A DNA stretch of 64,000 bases. It comes from a bacterium (GTDB lineage: Bacteria > SM23-31). How positions within the stretch are numbered: position 1 is the first letter of the stretch; each line of letters opens with the position of its first letter. A program made the translations under genes and the position numbers. Where the stretch lies: contig OZ252239.1 in the NCBI GenBank assembly GCA_965249485.1, positions 1,568,001-1,632,000 of the forward strand, written 5' to 3'. Below are positions 18,715 to 31,026 of the stretch, one piece after another. Under the pieces are notes generated by a model. It was not told the origin of the DNA. It saw only the letters and a program-made list of their open reading frames with translations, and did no database searches.

Positions 18715-19263
18715 TTATTTTTCCATATTTGAATCGTCTGATTCCTTGAGATCGAGCGCGGCAGAGTTGATGCAATATCTCAGTCCGGTCGGTTTGGGAC
18801 CATCTTCGAACACATGTCCGAGATGTCCACCGCAACGGCCGCACAAAATCTCTGTCCGTCTCGAAAACAGACTGTTATCTTCTTCTGTTTCGATGTTTTG
18901 CTCAGAAATCGGCTCCCAAAAGCTCGGCCAGCCTGTTCCGGAATCAAATTTGGAATCGGAACTAAACAGTTCGTTACCGCATCCGGCGCAGAGAAATACA
19001 CCTTTTCCCTTAAATTCGTTAAATTTTCCGGTAAATGCGCGCTCTGTTCCTTTTTTTCTTAGAATATAATATTCTTCGTCTGTCAGTAATTCCCGCCACT
19101 CATCATCTGTTTTAACAACTTTTTCACTCATAATGTTAGCCTCATCAGTAGATACATCCGTGTTTGGTTTTTGCGACGCGGGCACATTATTTTGTGCATA
19201 TCCACATGCACTGAAAAGTACCGCGCAGATAGTAAACGTATAAATAAATAAATTTTTCATCAT
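18715..19263 (-). CDS. msrB: Exported methionine-R-sulfoxide reductase
   Basis: GTERAF, SGTGWPSF, GHLGHVF and RYCINS motifs; N-terminal signal. Confidence 0.95.
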   Translation of the reverse strand: MMKNLFIYTFTICAVLFSACGYAQNNVPASQKPNTDVSTDEANIMSEKVVKTDDEWRELLTDEEYYILRKKGTERAFTGKFNEFKGKGVFLCAGCGNELFSSDSKFDSGTGWPSFWEPISEQNIETEEDNSLFSRRTEILCGRCGGHLGHVFEDGPKPTGLRYCINSAALDLKESDDSNMEK

Positions 19264-19470
19264 TGTTTCCTTTCTACATAGGAGTTAAACAGAGCACGGT
19301 TCAGAGAGGTTCCATGATGTTGTTTCTTATTATGATTCATTCCCAAAAGAACATTGCAGAAAACAGCTATTAATATCTTGGAAATAGAACCAGAATACTG
19401 TATTATGTACCGCAAAATTAAATTAGAAATTGATAAATATATATTTGAAGATTAATCCGGAGAGGCTTTT

Positions 19471-20400
19471 GTGACTCGTATCCTCAACTTGTTCAGCCGT
19501 CTGTTTGTTGTCTGGGTAATTCTTGGCGGCGCTGCTGCTTATTGGTATCCTGCATTTTTTACTCAGTTGCAGCCTTTTATGAACTGGTTCTTCGGACTGA
19601 CGATGTTCGGTGTGGGATTGGTCATCGATCCTCATGAATTTGTCACAATTATTAATAATTTCAGAGTGGTATTAATTGGGGTAGTCTCGCAATTCACTAT
19701 AATGCCATTTCTTGCGTTTGCCATTGCCTTCTTTTTTGGGTTTTCCGATGAGATTACTCTTGGCCTCATACTCACCGGTTCTGCTCCCGGTGCAATGTCG
19801 AGTAATATTCTCAGTTATCTTGCCGGAGCAGATGTTGCCTATTCCGTTTCTCTAACCACAGCATCTACACTTCTTGCACCGATTCTGACACCACTACTCA
19901 CACTTATTCTTGCACAAACGGTGCTTGAGATTCCATTCTGGAGCATGGTACTCAGTGTCTGTTTTATGGTGCTGATACCGGTGATACTCGGTATATCCGT
20001 TAAACGAATTCTTCACAATAAAGTAAAGCTCCTTGCTGTAGCCGCACCGGCTTTATCGACGCTATTTATTGTTATGATCTGTGCAGTCGTTATTGCATTA
20101 AACAAAGAATATATTTTGCAACTGGACAGATGGATTTTTCTTGCCGTGGTTGTTCTCAATATTTTGGGAATGACTATCGGATACACAGTCGGAAAAGTAT
20201 CCCGGTTCGATCTCTTAAAGAGACGCGCTTTAGCTATAGAAATCGGGATGCAAAATGCAGGTCTCGGAAGTGTGCTGGCACTCACCCACTTTAATGAGCG
20301 CGTCGCTCTTCCTGCAGTAGTCTTTATATTTATGTGTATATTTAGTGCTTCGTTTCTCGTATCACTCTGGTCACGGGAATCACGCGAAGACACAAATTGA
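19471..20400 (+). CDS. Bile acid:sodium symporter family protein
   Basis: Multi-TM; APGAMSSN and EIGMQNAGL motifs. Confidence 0.9.
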   Translation: MTRILNLFSRLFVVWVILGGAAAYWYPAFFTQLQPFMNWFFGLTMFGVGLVIDPHEFVTIINNFRVVLIGVVSQFTIMPFLAFAIAFFFGFSDEITLGLILTGSAPGAMSSNILSYLAGADVAYSVSLTTASTLLAPILTPLLTLILAQTVLEIPFWSMVLSVCFMVLIPVILGISVKRILHNKVKLLAVAAPALSTLFIVMICAVVIALNKEYILQLDRWIFLAVVVLNILGMTIGYTVGKVSRFDLLKRRALAIEIGMQNAGLGSVLALTHFNERVALPAVVFIFMCIFSASFLVSLWSRESREDTN

Positions 20401-20570
20401 ATTTTTAATATGAACAGATATTCTGGATTACTGAGCATATCTCAAAATTCCACTCTTTTATTTAGGTATTTTTTCTGAACCTGAGAGCAGCTTTGGAACA
20501 TGGAAATTCCTCTTCCGGGTGTGGTGAGTGGTGGTGAAACTGTACAATCTTTAATAATCCAAGTTAATGC

Positions 20571-23486
20571 ATGAATTCTTCAGGAAAAAAACAATTTACC
20601 GAAAAGCAGTTCCTTGCGGGTATTACTACTCTATTTCTTTTAATCATTTGCTCGGTACTCGTAATCAGCGGTTATCTCTTTGTTTCAAACAGCAATATAG
20701 ATGAAACATATAACCGCATTTTTCGGCTGCGTGAGCTCAGCTATCTGGTGATTGTACAGGACAAAGATGGTACTGAAAATTTTTATCAGGATATTGTTCA
20801 GAAGAACTGGAGATACACTGTTAATGATGAATTCGATACTGAAGAAGCTATAGTTGAATTTGAAAACATGGTTTCTGATTCTCTTCGGATTCATGTAGTA
20901 TCACAGTTGAAACGTGCCCATTCTGAAATAGTCAATCTTGAAAAAAGAGCTGCAGAATTGGTGAACAACAATCGGGAAGCAGCTCTTTCTTTGTTAGCAA
21001 GCAAGGAATATGAAAGCCTCAAAGATTTATTTGAAAACAGCGTTAATTCAATTGCGTCGCTTTCTGAAAAAGAGCTGAAGGTAACACTCGACAAGCAGAA
21101 ATTTGGTGCAGAGGTTGCACTATTTGCCCTCCTGATCATGGTCCCGATCTTGTTTATTTCCATTGTTATAGTGGAAAGATACTATAAAAGAAATCTTCAG
21201 GTATCCACAGAGCTCAGACAGGCAAAATCATTTACAGATTCGATTATCTCTAACGTACCTAATATTATTTATTCTAAAGACAGAAAATCGTGAGTGACTT
21301 TTATAAGCGCAAACTGTGAAAATTTGTCTGGATATCAACCCGCAGAGTTTTATGAAGATGAACGCTTGATGGAGTTGGCGGTTTTACCTGATGATAGAGA
21401 TTCCTGGTCGGGATTGCTCCATGATCATCAGGGTAACGGGCAGCGGAATGCCGAATACCGGATTGTAAAACGTGACGGTACTGTCTGCTGGGTTAATGAT
21501 TCTCTCATAGTTTCCGTCGATGGTGATGGAAGGCTAGAACGTATTGATGGCGTTATTTCAAATATTACGATAAGAAAGAAAGCTGAAACCGATCTTGACC
21601 GGATGCGGAATATGCTGGACCAGGGTCAAGACGCAATCTATATGATAGATGCAAAAAATGGACAAATTATTGAGAACAATCAGACGGCATGTTCCATGCT
21701 GCAGTATTCACAGGAAGAATTATTTACAAAAACCGTTTTTGATATTGATAAGAATATTCCTGATGATTGGCTAAATGATTCAGGGGGTATCTGTGTTCCA
21801 GACGGACAAAGTTTATATAGCGGCTGCCATATCAGGAAAGACGGTACTATGTTTCCCGTCGAGATAAAAGCAATTACAAAAAAATTCGATGATAAACAGT
21901 ATCTGTTAGCGGTTGTCCGTGACATCAGTGAGCGGGTCAATGCGGAAAACGCATTAACCGAAAGTGAAGAACGATACCGGCTTATATTTGAGAATACATA
22001 TATTGGAATTGCTCAAATCGATCTCAAAGGAAACCTTTTCAATACAAATAATGCTTTTTGTGATATATTTGGTTATTCAATAGATGAGATACAACAGTTA
22101 AATATAATCAAAATAATCCATCCGGATGAAATCGAGAAGTCGAAACAATATTTAGAAGACGCATTGAAAGGTAAACTGAACTCCTTTTCAGATGAAATGC
22201 GGTATGTTACGAAAGACGGCTCGATTGTGTGGCTCTATTATAACGTATTTCTTATCCGGAATGCTGCAGCCGAACCTAAGCATTTTATTGGTATCGCAGA
22301 AGATGTGACAGAGCGGAAGCAAATTCAGCAGGAAACTCTTAATACTTCGAAACTTGAATCACTCAGTCTCTTTGCAGACGGTATATCTCATGATTTTAAC
22401 AATATGCTAAACTCGATAGGTCTGAATGTTTCACTGGCTAAATTATCACTTGGCTTTAAGAAAAATGCAGAGAAAATTCTGACCGATGTTGAAGATGCTG
22501 TCCAAAATGCCTCCGTGCTGACGAAACAGCTGCAGACCTATGCAAAGGGCGGCTCGCTCTTTAAGGCGCCAACATCGATTAAAAAATTACTTCGTGAGAC
22601 AGTAAATTTTGCATTGCGGGGATCTAATGTGACGTGTGATTATACTATCCCTGATGATATTTGGAGTGCAAACATCGATTCGGGACAAATTAGCCAGGTT
22701 ATTCAGAATCTAGTTATAAATGCCGTACAAGCAATGCCAGATGGGGGTAATATAGAAGTTTCAACAGAAAATGTTGAAGTAGACGAGAGTCAATTATCAC
22801 GAGTCTTAGCCGGCAAATATGTTATTATAAAAGTGAAAGATTACGGAACTGGTATTGAGCCAAGTAATTTGAATAAGATATTCGATCCTTATTATTCCAC
22901 AAAAAAAGGTGGCAACGGGCTTGGTCTGTCTACGTCATATGCGGTTATAAATAATCATGAAGGTCACATCTCTGTGGAGTCTGTTATTGGTCAAGGGACA
23001 ATATTTTCTCTCACTCTGCCTGCAACCTTTCAGCCAATTGATGGAGAAAAAGCTGAGGTCAATCGACACTTTATTTCTGTCGAACCTTCTGGGAAGATCC
23101 TTATTATGGATGATGAAGATACCTTAAGCTTTGTTATGAGGAGAGCACTTGAATTAAAGGGCTTTACTGTTGAAACTGCCAGTGACGGCGATGAGGCATT
23201 TAAAAAATATATGCATTCTTATTTTGATGATTCTGCATTTGATTATGTCATTCTTGATTTGGTAATTCCGGGGGGAATGGGTGGAAAAGAGACTTTAGAC
23301 AAAATGTTGAGAGTCGATCCCGATGTGAAAGCGATACTCATGAGTGGCAACGTTAATGATCCTGTATTGCAACAACACAATCATTCTGGTTTTCTAGAGA
23401 TATTGCCTAAACCATTTAAAGTTGAAAAACTATTGGAATTATTAAATGAGATGGTGCAGGTCGGTGAAACTGAGCAAAAGAGTTAG
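20571..23486 (+). pseudogene. Hybrid PAS histidine kinase/receiver interrupted by an in-frame TGA at 21291
   Basis: ORFs 20571-21293 and 21294-23486 abut in frame within a PAS domain; HDFNN box, HATPase and receiver present. Confidence 0.8.
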
Positions 23487-23764
23487 AATGCCAAAATTCG
23501 CCGCATGAACAGAATTGTATCATCTTTAATTTTTGTTGTAACCAATGTGCTTCAGAAGTTATCGGGGGCACATTATTTTTTTGTCGTTAGATGAAAAATA
23601 GCATGATAACGATTGTGAGAGCTTTCTTACTATATAATAATAACAAATATATATTCTTGCGTTTAAACTTCCGAAGAAGTACTTTTATTCAAAATTAATG
23701 ATTGCATAAAATCCTCACGTATCAATTACAAAACTGATTTTCATACCCACTTATTTTCACTTCA

Positions 23765-26134
23765 ATGAAAAGGGAGAACGCAATGCAAATGTATCAGCAT
23801 CACCGTCTGGACATTTTGTTTTTGATAATAATTTCTGTTTTGCTTCTGAAATACTCAGAATCTTCAGCACAAAAAAGAGTAGGACCGACCTCTTCTGATA
23901 TACGCTTGCAGTGGTATCAGGAGCATGTATCAAAAAAGGCCACATCTCCTTTCAACAATCTCGAATGGCAATTCATAGGCCCAACGAATGTTAGCGGTCG
24001 AGTCACAGATGTTGCAGTGATGACGCCGCGCGGAAGTACGTATACTATTTTTGCTGCGACAGCGTCCGGCGGCCTGTGGAAAACAGAGAATGAGGGAACA
24101 ACCTGGGAGCCGGTGTTCGAACATGGTCCTTCTACATCCATAGGTGATGTTGCAGTAGCTCCATCGGATAGGAATATTGTATGGATTGGCCTCGGAGAGG
24201 CAAATATTTTCAGAAGTTCTATGGCAGGAGCAGGTCTCATGAAATCGACTGATGGAGGATCCACGTGGGATTTTATGGGACTCACCGGAACGCATACGAT
24301 TGCCCGGATTGTAATCCATCCTGACAATCCAGATATCGTTTATGTCGCGGCTTCAGGACATGAATGGACAAATAATGAAGAAAGGGGTGTGTACAAAACA
24401 TCCGATGGAGGAGTAACATGGGATAAGATTCTATACATCGATGATAAAACGGGAGCAATCGATCTTGTGATAGACCCTGTTGACAGAAACACTTTATATG
24501 CTGCATTTTGGCAACGAATCCGAAAGAAATGGAACGATCCCCGCAATGAACCGGGTAATTCAGGAAGTGGACTTTACAAGACAATTGATGGCGGTATGAA
24601 CTGGTTTGAAATCAATGCAGGCCTTCCAGATTCAGAGTATAGAGGAAGAATCGGTATCGATGTGTCACTGTCAAATCCAGATGTATTATATGCTTTCGTC
24701 GATAATTATGAAACGGCCGAGCACAAAGTACCTGAAGAAAGGGAAGACGGTTATGGCACACCGGATCGTATTATTAAAGGTGCTACCGTATACCGTTCTG
24801 ACAATAAGGGGCAAAGCTGGCGCCTGGTAAGCGAATCAAGTGAATACATGGAAGATCTTTCTTCCACGTACGGCTGGGTTTTCGGTCAGATAAGGATTGA
24901 TCCGAATAATGAAAATACTGTCTATGTAATGGGAATCGACTTAAATGTCTCCTATGATGGCGGCAAGACATTCCAGCCGTTGGAGGGAATGCATGGAGAT
25001 CACCATGCTCTATGGATCGATCCTGATAATTCGGAATATTTGGTGAATGGAAACGACGGAGGAATTGCAATTTCCTATGATGGGGGCCAAACATGGAAAA
25101 CGTTTTATGACAATTTACCCGTTGTGCAGTTTTTTAATATTGCATATGATATGGATGATCCGTTTCGCGTGTACGGTTCCATTCAGGACCATGGAAGTTA
25201 CCGCGGGAGTGTTGATCTGAGTGATGAAAACGGCAGTATCGATCCGGTCCCCTTTGAGCGTGCCGTCGGCGGTGAAGGAAGTAGTCATGCCGTGAATCCG
25301 ATTAATCCCGATATTGTCTATTCAGCAGGATTTTATGGAAGAATTCAGCGGACAGATTTTGGACAGCGTGATGAAAAAAATCTGCCGAAAACAGAACAGA
25401 TTTTCCCACGAGCCGAAACAGGAGAACAGCCGCTGCGAGGGCAGTGGGTAGCGCCGTTTATCATTTCTCCTCATCACCCCGATGTGATCTATCACGGAAT
25501 GCAGTATCTCTACCGGTCTCAATACCGGGGACTGACATTTGAGCGGATCAGTCCCGATTTGACCTATAATGATCCGGATGAATTAGGCGATATCAGATAT
25601 CAGACTATTCTATCGATATCAGAATCACCTTTAAAATATGGATTGATTTATGCAGGAACTGATGATGGCAGAGTCCATGTTACGGATGATGGCGGAAAAT
25701 CATGGTCGGAAATTATGAAGGGACTCCCGTACAAAAAATTTGTTTCACGAATTGTTGCTTCCGAATTCCGTGAGGGAACTGTATACATGGCTCTGAATGG
25801 TAAACGTGATGACGATTTTACGCCATATCTCTGGAAATCAGATAATTATGGGAAAAAGTGGGAGGATATATCAAAGGGAATTCCGAGCGGTCCGATCAAT
25901 GTGATTCGTGAAGATCCGCATCATGAAAATATCCTCTATATTGGTACCGACCTCGGAGTGTATGTTTCACGTAATAGGGGCGAGTCGTGGTATAATATTT
26001 CCAATGATCTACCGACAACATATGTACAAGATTTGATTATCCATCCACGAGAAAATATTATGATAATTGCTACCCATGGCAGGGGGATGTATGCCCTCGA
26101 CGTGAAACAAATTCAAAACTATGAACCGGAGTAG
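23765..26134 (+). CDS. BNR/Sortilin(VPS10)-like beta-propeller protein
   Basis: Many SxDGGxTW Asp-box repeats; ATHGRG near the C-terminus. Confidence 0.85.
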   Translation: MKRENAMQMYQHHRLDILFLIIISVLLLKYSESSAQKRVGPTSSDIRLQWYQEHVSKKATSPFNNLEWQFIGPTNVSGRVTDVAVMTPRGSTYTIFAATASGGLWKTENEGTTWEPVFEHGPSTSIGDVAVAPSDRNIVWIGLGEANIFRSSMAGAGLMKSTDGGSTWDFMGLTGTHTIARIVIHPDNPDIVYVAASGHEWTNNEERGVYKTSDGGVTWDKILYIDDKTGAIDLVIDPVDRNTLYAAFWQRIRKKWNDPRNEPGNSGSGLYKTIDGGMNWFEINAGLPDSEYRGRIGIDVSLSNPDVLYAFVDNYETAEHKVPEEREDGYGTPDRIIKGATVYRSDNKGQSWRLVSESSEYMEDLSSTYGWVFGQIRIDPNNENTVYVMGIDLNVSYDGGKTFQPLEGMHGDHHALWIDPDNSEYLVNGNDGGIAISYDGGQTWKTFYDNLPVVQFFNIAYDMDDPFRVYGSIQDHGSYRGSVDLSDENGSIDPVPFERAVGGEGSSHAVNPINPDIVYSAGFYGRIQRTDFGQRDEKNLPKTEQIFPRAETGEQPLRGQWVAPFIISPHHPDVIYHGMQYLYRSQYRGLTFERISPDLTYNDPDELGDIRYQTILSISESPLKYGLIYAGTDDGRVHVTDDGGKSWSEIMKGLPYKKFVSRIVASEFREGTVYMALNGKRDDDFTPYLWKSDNYGKKWEDISKGIPSGPINVIREDPHHENILYIGTDLGVYVSRNRGESWYNISNDLPTTYVQDLIIHPRENIMIIATHGRGMYALDVKQIQNYEPE

Positions 26135-26331
26135 TTAACAGCTCGGACGCTCCATTTTTTATGCCATTCGAATAATATCACAGTATCATCAACATAGGAC
26201 AATTGCCCCGTTTTCCTATTCCTATACATTCAATCCTGGTCTTCATGATATAAATCTCCAATAAATTTCAATACTCGGTGTAACCTTTTCAGGTTTAACG
26301 CATCTGAAAAGATAAATGCAAAGATAATAAT

Positions 26332-26544
26332 ATGGAGAAAGTAATGTCAATCGAACATATCATTCGTTTATTTGCAGGTTCGTTCATACTCATAAGTCTG
26401 AGTTTAGGGTATTGGGTGAACGAATATTGGTATTTCTTCACCGCTTTTGTCGGATTGAATCTGATTCAGTCATCATTCACAAAATGGTGTCTTCTCGAAT
26501 CTATTTTGAAGAAAATTATGCAAAAGTCCGAAACTGCTCACTAA
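26332..26544 (+). CDS. DUF2892/YgaP-like membrane protein
   Basis: FVGLNLIQSSFTKWC motif. Confidence 0.85.
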   Translation: MEKVMSIEHIIRLFAGSFILISLSLGYWVNEYWYFFTAFVGLNLIQSSFTKWCLLESILKKIMQKSETAH

Positions 26545-26562
26545 AAACATAGAGAGATCCTG

Positions 26563-28848
26563 ATGAAAAAAAATCTTATTTCCCTTTCGCTCAATTATCC
26601 AAAGACAGTTCTCGCAATAATTGGTATAGTCACACTGATATTTCTGATCCAGTTTCCAAGCATAACAATAGACACTGATCCGGAAAATATGCTGAACCAT
26701 GATGAACAAGTTCGGCTGGATCATGAAGCAATGAAGGAGACATTTGATTTGCATGATATGATTGTTCTCGGAATCTATAATGAAACGGGTATTTTCAATG
26801 TGCAGACTGTTGAGCGGATACTTGCTATTACCGAAGAAATAAAAACTATCGAAGGTGTTCTCGACGATGATATAATGGCAATCGGTGAAGTCGATGATAT
26901 CGCTTCCGAAGAGAATATAATCCGTGTTTATCCTCTTGCTGAACTGGTTGAAGATGGGAATGAAGAGTCTGCTCGTAGAGTAAAGGAACGAATCGATGCA
27001 AATCCCATTTTCAGGAACAAGCTTGCTTCATTGGATGGGTTACTGGTGGGGATTTACGTGCCAATCGTAGAGAAAAGCATGAGCTACTCGATCTCGAAAC
27101 AGATCGAAGCAATTGCAGAAAGTCACCTTGAAAATGAACAATACTATCTTGCTGGTTTGCCGATAGCGGAAGACACATTTGGAATCGAGATGTTCAAGCA
27201 GATGGGGATTGCTGCACCACTATCGGGTCTGGTTATTGCGCTCCTGATGCTGCTTTTTTTCAAGAGAATTAAGCTCATCATTGCACCAATGATCCTCGCT
27301 ATGGTTTCAATCATCTGGACGATGGGTCTGTTAATTGGATTGGGATTCACTGTCCATATCATGAGTTCAATGATTCCGATTTTTCTGTTTCCTATTGCAG
27401 TTTTGGACAGCATTCACATATTGAGTGATATTTTTGAAAAACATTCTGGTTCGCAATCAATACGCGAGACTATTATTCTGACAATAAACGATCTTTTTTC
27501 ACCCATGCTTTTTACTTCACTGACATCGAGTGCCGGATTTTTTTCGCTGATACTTACTCCAATTCCGCCTGTTCAGGTGTTCGGCTTCTTTGTTGGATTT
27601 GGTATTCTTACTGCCTGGCTGTTATCGATGACGTTGTTGCCGGCGTATACAGTACTTCTGCCAGAAAAGACCTTTCACAATTTCGGAACAGCCGGAAAAC
27701 GTGGAAAATCGGTGATTGACAAGATGTTGAAAAAAATTCAGAATATGTCACTGAAGTATGTCAAACTTATTATAACAGGTATCATAGTGCTGTTTGTGAT
27801 TTCATTTATTGGTATCAGTAAAATTGTCGTTAATGATAATCCTGTGAATTGGTTTAAGGCGGATCACCCTCTCCGTCAGGCAGATGTTCTGATGAACGAA
27901 CACCTTGGGGGTACTTACATGTCGAATCTGGTCTTCACTGGTGACAATGAGGCATTCAAAAATCCGGAGGTAGTGAATTATATGGCTGATGTTCAGCAAC
28001 TCATTGCAAATCAGCCTCAAGTAGGTGCCGTATCATCGATTGTTGATATTCTCAAGAAAATCGCTTTTGAGCTCAAAGGTGACGATTCACTCCCACATAC
28101 TGCAGATGAGATCGGACAATACTTCTTTCTCTATGAGATTGCCGGTGGTGATCCGGAAGATTTGTTCACTTTTGTGACCTCAGAGTATGATCAGGCTCAT
28201 ATCTGGATTCAGATGACGCAGGGGGAAAACTTGATCATGAGAAATGTGGTAAATCGGGTAGAAGAGTATATTCATGATAATCCGCTTCCCGATTCAATTT
28301 CGATGCACTGGGCCGGATTAAACTATGTGAATGTTGTATGGCAGGATAAAATGGTAAATGGTATGGTTTATTCGCTTCTAGGGGGAATCGGCGCTGTTCT
28401 GATAATGATGATTATATTATTCAGATCGCTGCTGTGGGCGGTACTTTCCATGATTCCGTTGGCCACAACAATAGCAAGCATTTATACAACAGTGGGCTTC
28501 ACTGGTAAATCATATGATATGCCGATTGCAGTATTGTCGACGCTGACGCTTGGACTCTCAATTGACTTTGCAATCCATTTCATACGGCGTGCTCAGATGA
28601 TACACAAAGAGACCGGGTCTTTCAAGGAAACGATGAATCTCGTTTTTGAAGAGCCGGCAAAAGCAATCATGATCAATATGATCATTATAGCATTTGGATT
28701 CATACCATTGTTAGGTTCAAATCTTGTGCCCTACGTTACAGTTGGTACGTTTCTGTTTCTCATTATGATTATGAGCGGGATTGCAACACTGGTGATGCTG
28801 CCTGCTTTGTCGAAAATCGCAAAAAAGAAGCTGTTTAAAGATGTATGA
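26563..28848 (+). CDS. MMPL/RND family transporter
   Basis: Duplicated halves with DSIHI and GLSIDFAIHF motifs. Confidence 0.9.
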   Translation: MKKNLISLSLNYPKTVLAIIGIVTLIFLIQFPSITIDTDPENMLNHDEQVRLDHEAMKETFDLHDMIVLGIYNETGIFNVQTVERILAITEEIKTIEGVLDDDIMAIGEVDDIASEENIIRVYPLAELVEDGNEESARRVKERIDANPIFRNKLASLDGLLVGIYVPIVEKSMSYSISKQIEAIAESHLENEQYYLAGLPIAEDTFGIEMFKQMGIAAPLSGLVIALLMLLFFKRIKLIIAPMILAMVSIIWTMGLLIGLGFTVHIMSSMIPIFLFPIAVLDSIHILSDIFEKHSGSQSIRETIILTINDLFSPMLFTSLTSSAGFFSLILTPIPPVQVFGFFVGFGILTAWLLSMTLLPAYTVLLPEKTFHNFGTAGKRGKSVIDKMLKKIQNMSLKYVKLIITGIIVLFVISFIGISKIVVNDNPVNWFKADHPLRQADVLMNEHLGGTYMSNLVFTGDNEAFKNPEVVNYMADVQQLIANQPQVGAVSSIVDILKKIAFELKGDDSLPHTADEIGQYFFLYEIAGGDPEDLFTFVTSEYDQAHIWIQMTQGENLIMRNVVNRVEEYIHDNPLPDSISMHWAGLNYVNVVWQDKMVNGMVYSLLGGIGAVLIMMIILFRSLLWAVLSMIPLATTIASIYTTVGFTGKSYDMPIAVLSTLTLGLSIDFAIHFIRRAQMIHKETGSFKETMNLVFEEPAKAIMINMIIIAFGFIPLLGSNLVPYVTVGTFLFLIMIMSGIATLVMLPALSKIAKKKLFKDV

Positions 28849-29693
28849 AGAGGAATAGAAAGGATAATGTTATGAAAACGATAAAGTATATACCGATACT
28901 CTTTACAGCGCTGTCAATAGCATTAGTAGCTGCTGGAGTAAATCCAACAAACGTACAGTCGCAGACCGCTGAAGAGGTTATGCAAAAGTCACATTTGGCG
29001 TATTATTATACCGCCGATGACGGCGTGTCTGATGTCGAAATGAAACTCATCGACAAAAAAGGTAAAGAGCGAATAAGAAAATTCGTTATGCTGCGGAAAG
29101 ATTTGGAAGAGGGGGGACAGCAAAAATATTTTACCTATTTTATCGAGCCAAATGATGTAAAACGAATGACGTTCATGGTGTGGAAACATGCGGAAAAGGA
29201 TGACGACCGGTGGATCTATATTCCTGCGCTCGATCTGGTTAAACGAATTGCTGCAAAAGATAAAAACTCGAGCTTTGTTGGTTCTGATTTTTCGTACGAA
29301 GATGTGTCAGGGCGGCACTGGACTGAAGATACACACACAATCCTGCGCGAAGACATTCTCGATGAATCAGATGTCTATGTTATCAAGAGTGTTCCGAAAG
29401 ACGAAAAAGGTGGGGATTTCAGCTATAAAGAATCGTATATCGATAAACGAACGTTTCTGCCGCTTAGAGAAGAGTACTACGATTCAAAAAATGTCATCGT
29501 AAAGCGTTTCACTGCGGAGGCAATCAGTGAAGTAGATGGATACCCCATTGTTTCAACGAGATTAATGGAAAACCTCAAGAAAAACCACCGGACGATCGTT
29601 TTATTCTCCAATATCCGTCTGAATTCCGGTATAGAAGAAGATGTGTTTACCGAGCGGTACGTGAGGAGACCTCCTTCAAAGTATATTAAGTAG
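28845..29693 (+). CDS. LolA-like outer-membrane lipoprotein-sorting protein
   Basis: DDDRWIYIPAL..VKRI...SFVGSDFSYED signature. Confidence 0.85.
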   Translation: MKRNRKDNVMKTIKYIPILFTALSIALVAAGVNPTNVQSQTAEEVMQKSHLAYYYTADDGVSDVEMKLIDKKGKERIRKFVMLRKDLEEGGQQKYFTYFIEPNDVKRMTFMVWKHAEKDDDRWIYIPALDLVKRIAAKDKNSSFVGSDFSYEDVSGRHWTEDTHTILREDILDESDVYVIKSVPKDEKGGDFSYKESYIDKRTFLPLREEYYDSKNVIVKRFTAEAISEVDGYPIVSTRLMENLKKNHRTIVLFSNIRLNSGIEEDVFTERYVRRPPSKYIK

Positions 29694-29733
29694 CATGGTA
29701 AGAGTTGTAAGAGCTTTAGATTAATTCGGACAA

Positions 29734-31026
29734 TTGATGACTATGATACCAAATATTACAGCAGAGATGAAGATGAAAAGAATGATACTATCGACACTTG
29801 TTTGCGTAGGGCTGCTGCTGTCGAGCAATGTTTTTGCCCAGGATCTGACGGTCAATGGATTTGCAGAAGGAGCGTTTGGAAACAGGGTATCCGACAACAC
29901 ACTATTTCCTGACAAGGATTATACGCTGAATGAAACACGTCTCCAGTTGCAGCTGGAGCACACATCTGATAATGGCAGTTTTTTCGGTGCAGTCGATTTC
30001 CTGGCTGATAATGTATCAGATGATAAAGCTCAGACAACGATCCGTGAAGCTTATGCACAGTTTTCACTTGGCAGAGCTATCGATGTGAAAGTCGGGCGGC
30101 AGATACTGACATGGGGAACAGGGGATCTTCTTTTTATCAACGACGTATTTCCAAAGGATTTTATATCTTTTTTTGTTGGCAGGGAAGATCAATATCTCAA
30201 ACATCCGAGTGATGCAATCAAGTTGGGGTTGTTTTTACCCGGTGTGAATGTCGATTTCATAGCATCTTCAGCGTTTCAGCCCGATCTGCTACCAGGCGGA
30301 GAACGGTTAAGTTCGTTTAATCCTTTGTCCGGGTCAATAACAGGTTCTGGATCACAATCCTCTGTCCGTAATCCCGGAAAACAGTTCAATAACACGGAAA
30401 TTGCCATTAGATTGTACAAGTATATGGGTAGTTTTCAGGTCGCTGGATATACGTACAGAGGATTTTTCAGTGCACCAATGGGAATAGATCCGGCACAGAA
30501 CTCGCTCTACTATCCCGATCTTTCAATATACGGTGCAAGTATTCGAGGACCGCTGCTCTCGGGTGTTGTTTCTGCTGAGTACGGATTCTACGATTCACGG
30601 GATGACCGTATAGGTATCGACCCATTTATTCCGAACAGCCAGCATAAATTTCTGCTCGGACTTGAACGGCAGTTCTGGACTGATTTTACTGCAGGTGTAC
30701 AGTATTATAATGAAACATACACTGATTATAGCGCTTATACAAGCACACTTCCTGTAGGTTCACCGATGCTGGATGAAATGCGGCATCTTGTGACGTCACG
30801 ATTGACGCAGCTGGTCTTTTATCAGAATGTGACTCTGTCACTATTCACTTTTTACAGTCCGTCTGATGAAGATTGGCACATTAGGCCAGCCGTTTCATTT
30901 AAATACTCCGACGCAATCAGTTTTGCGGCCGGTGCAAATTTTTTCAGCGGCACAAAAAATTACACACTCTTCGGTCAATTTGAAGACAATAACAATGCAT
31001 ATGCACGAGTCAGATATTATTTCTAA
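29734..31026 (+). CDS. Outer-membrane beta-barrel protein (DUF1302-like)
   Basis: REAY...VGRQILTWG motif; terminal YYF; last gene of the MMPL operon. Confidence 0.7.
   Translation: MMTMIPNITAEMKMKRMILSTLVCVGLLLSSNVFAQDLTVNGFAEGAFGNRVSDNTLFPDKDYTLNETRLQLQLEHTSDNGSFFGAVDFLADNVSDDKAQTTIREAYAQFSLGRAIDVKVGRQILTWGTGDLLFINDVFPKDFISFFVGREDQYLKHPSDAIKLGLFLPGVNVDFIASSAFQPDLLPGGERLSSFNPLSGSITGSGSQSSVRNPGKQFNNTEIAIRLYKYMGSFQVAGYTYRGFFSAPMGIDPAQNSLYYPDLSIYGASIRGPLLSGVVSAEYGFYDSRDDRIGIDPFIPNSQHKFLLGLERQFWTDFTAGVQYYNETYTDYSAYTSTLPVGSPMLDEMRHLVTSRLTQLVFYQNVTLSLFTFYSPSDEDWHIRPAVSFKYSDAISFAAGANFFSGTKNYTLFGQFEDNNNAYARVRYYF

Noticed and set aside
21291..21293. In-frame TGA in the histidine kinase as selenocysteine or a recoded stop
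   Set aside because: Not a Cys/redox position in the PAS domain and no convincing SECIS hairpin; a nonsense change (e.g. CGA->TGA) or error is simpler
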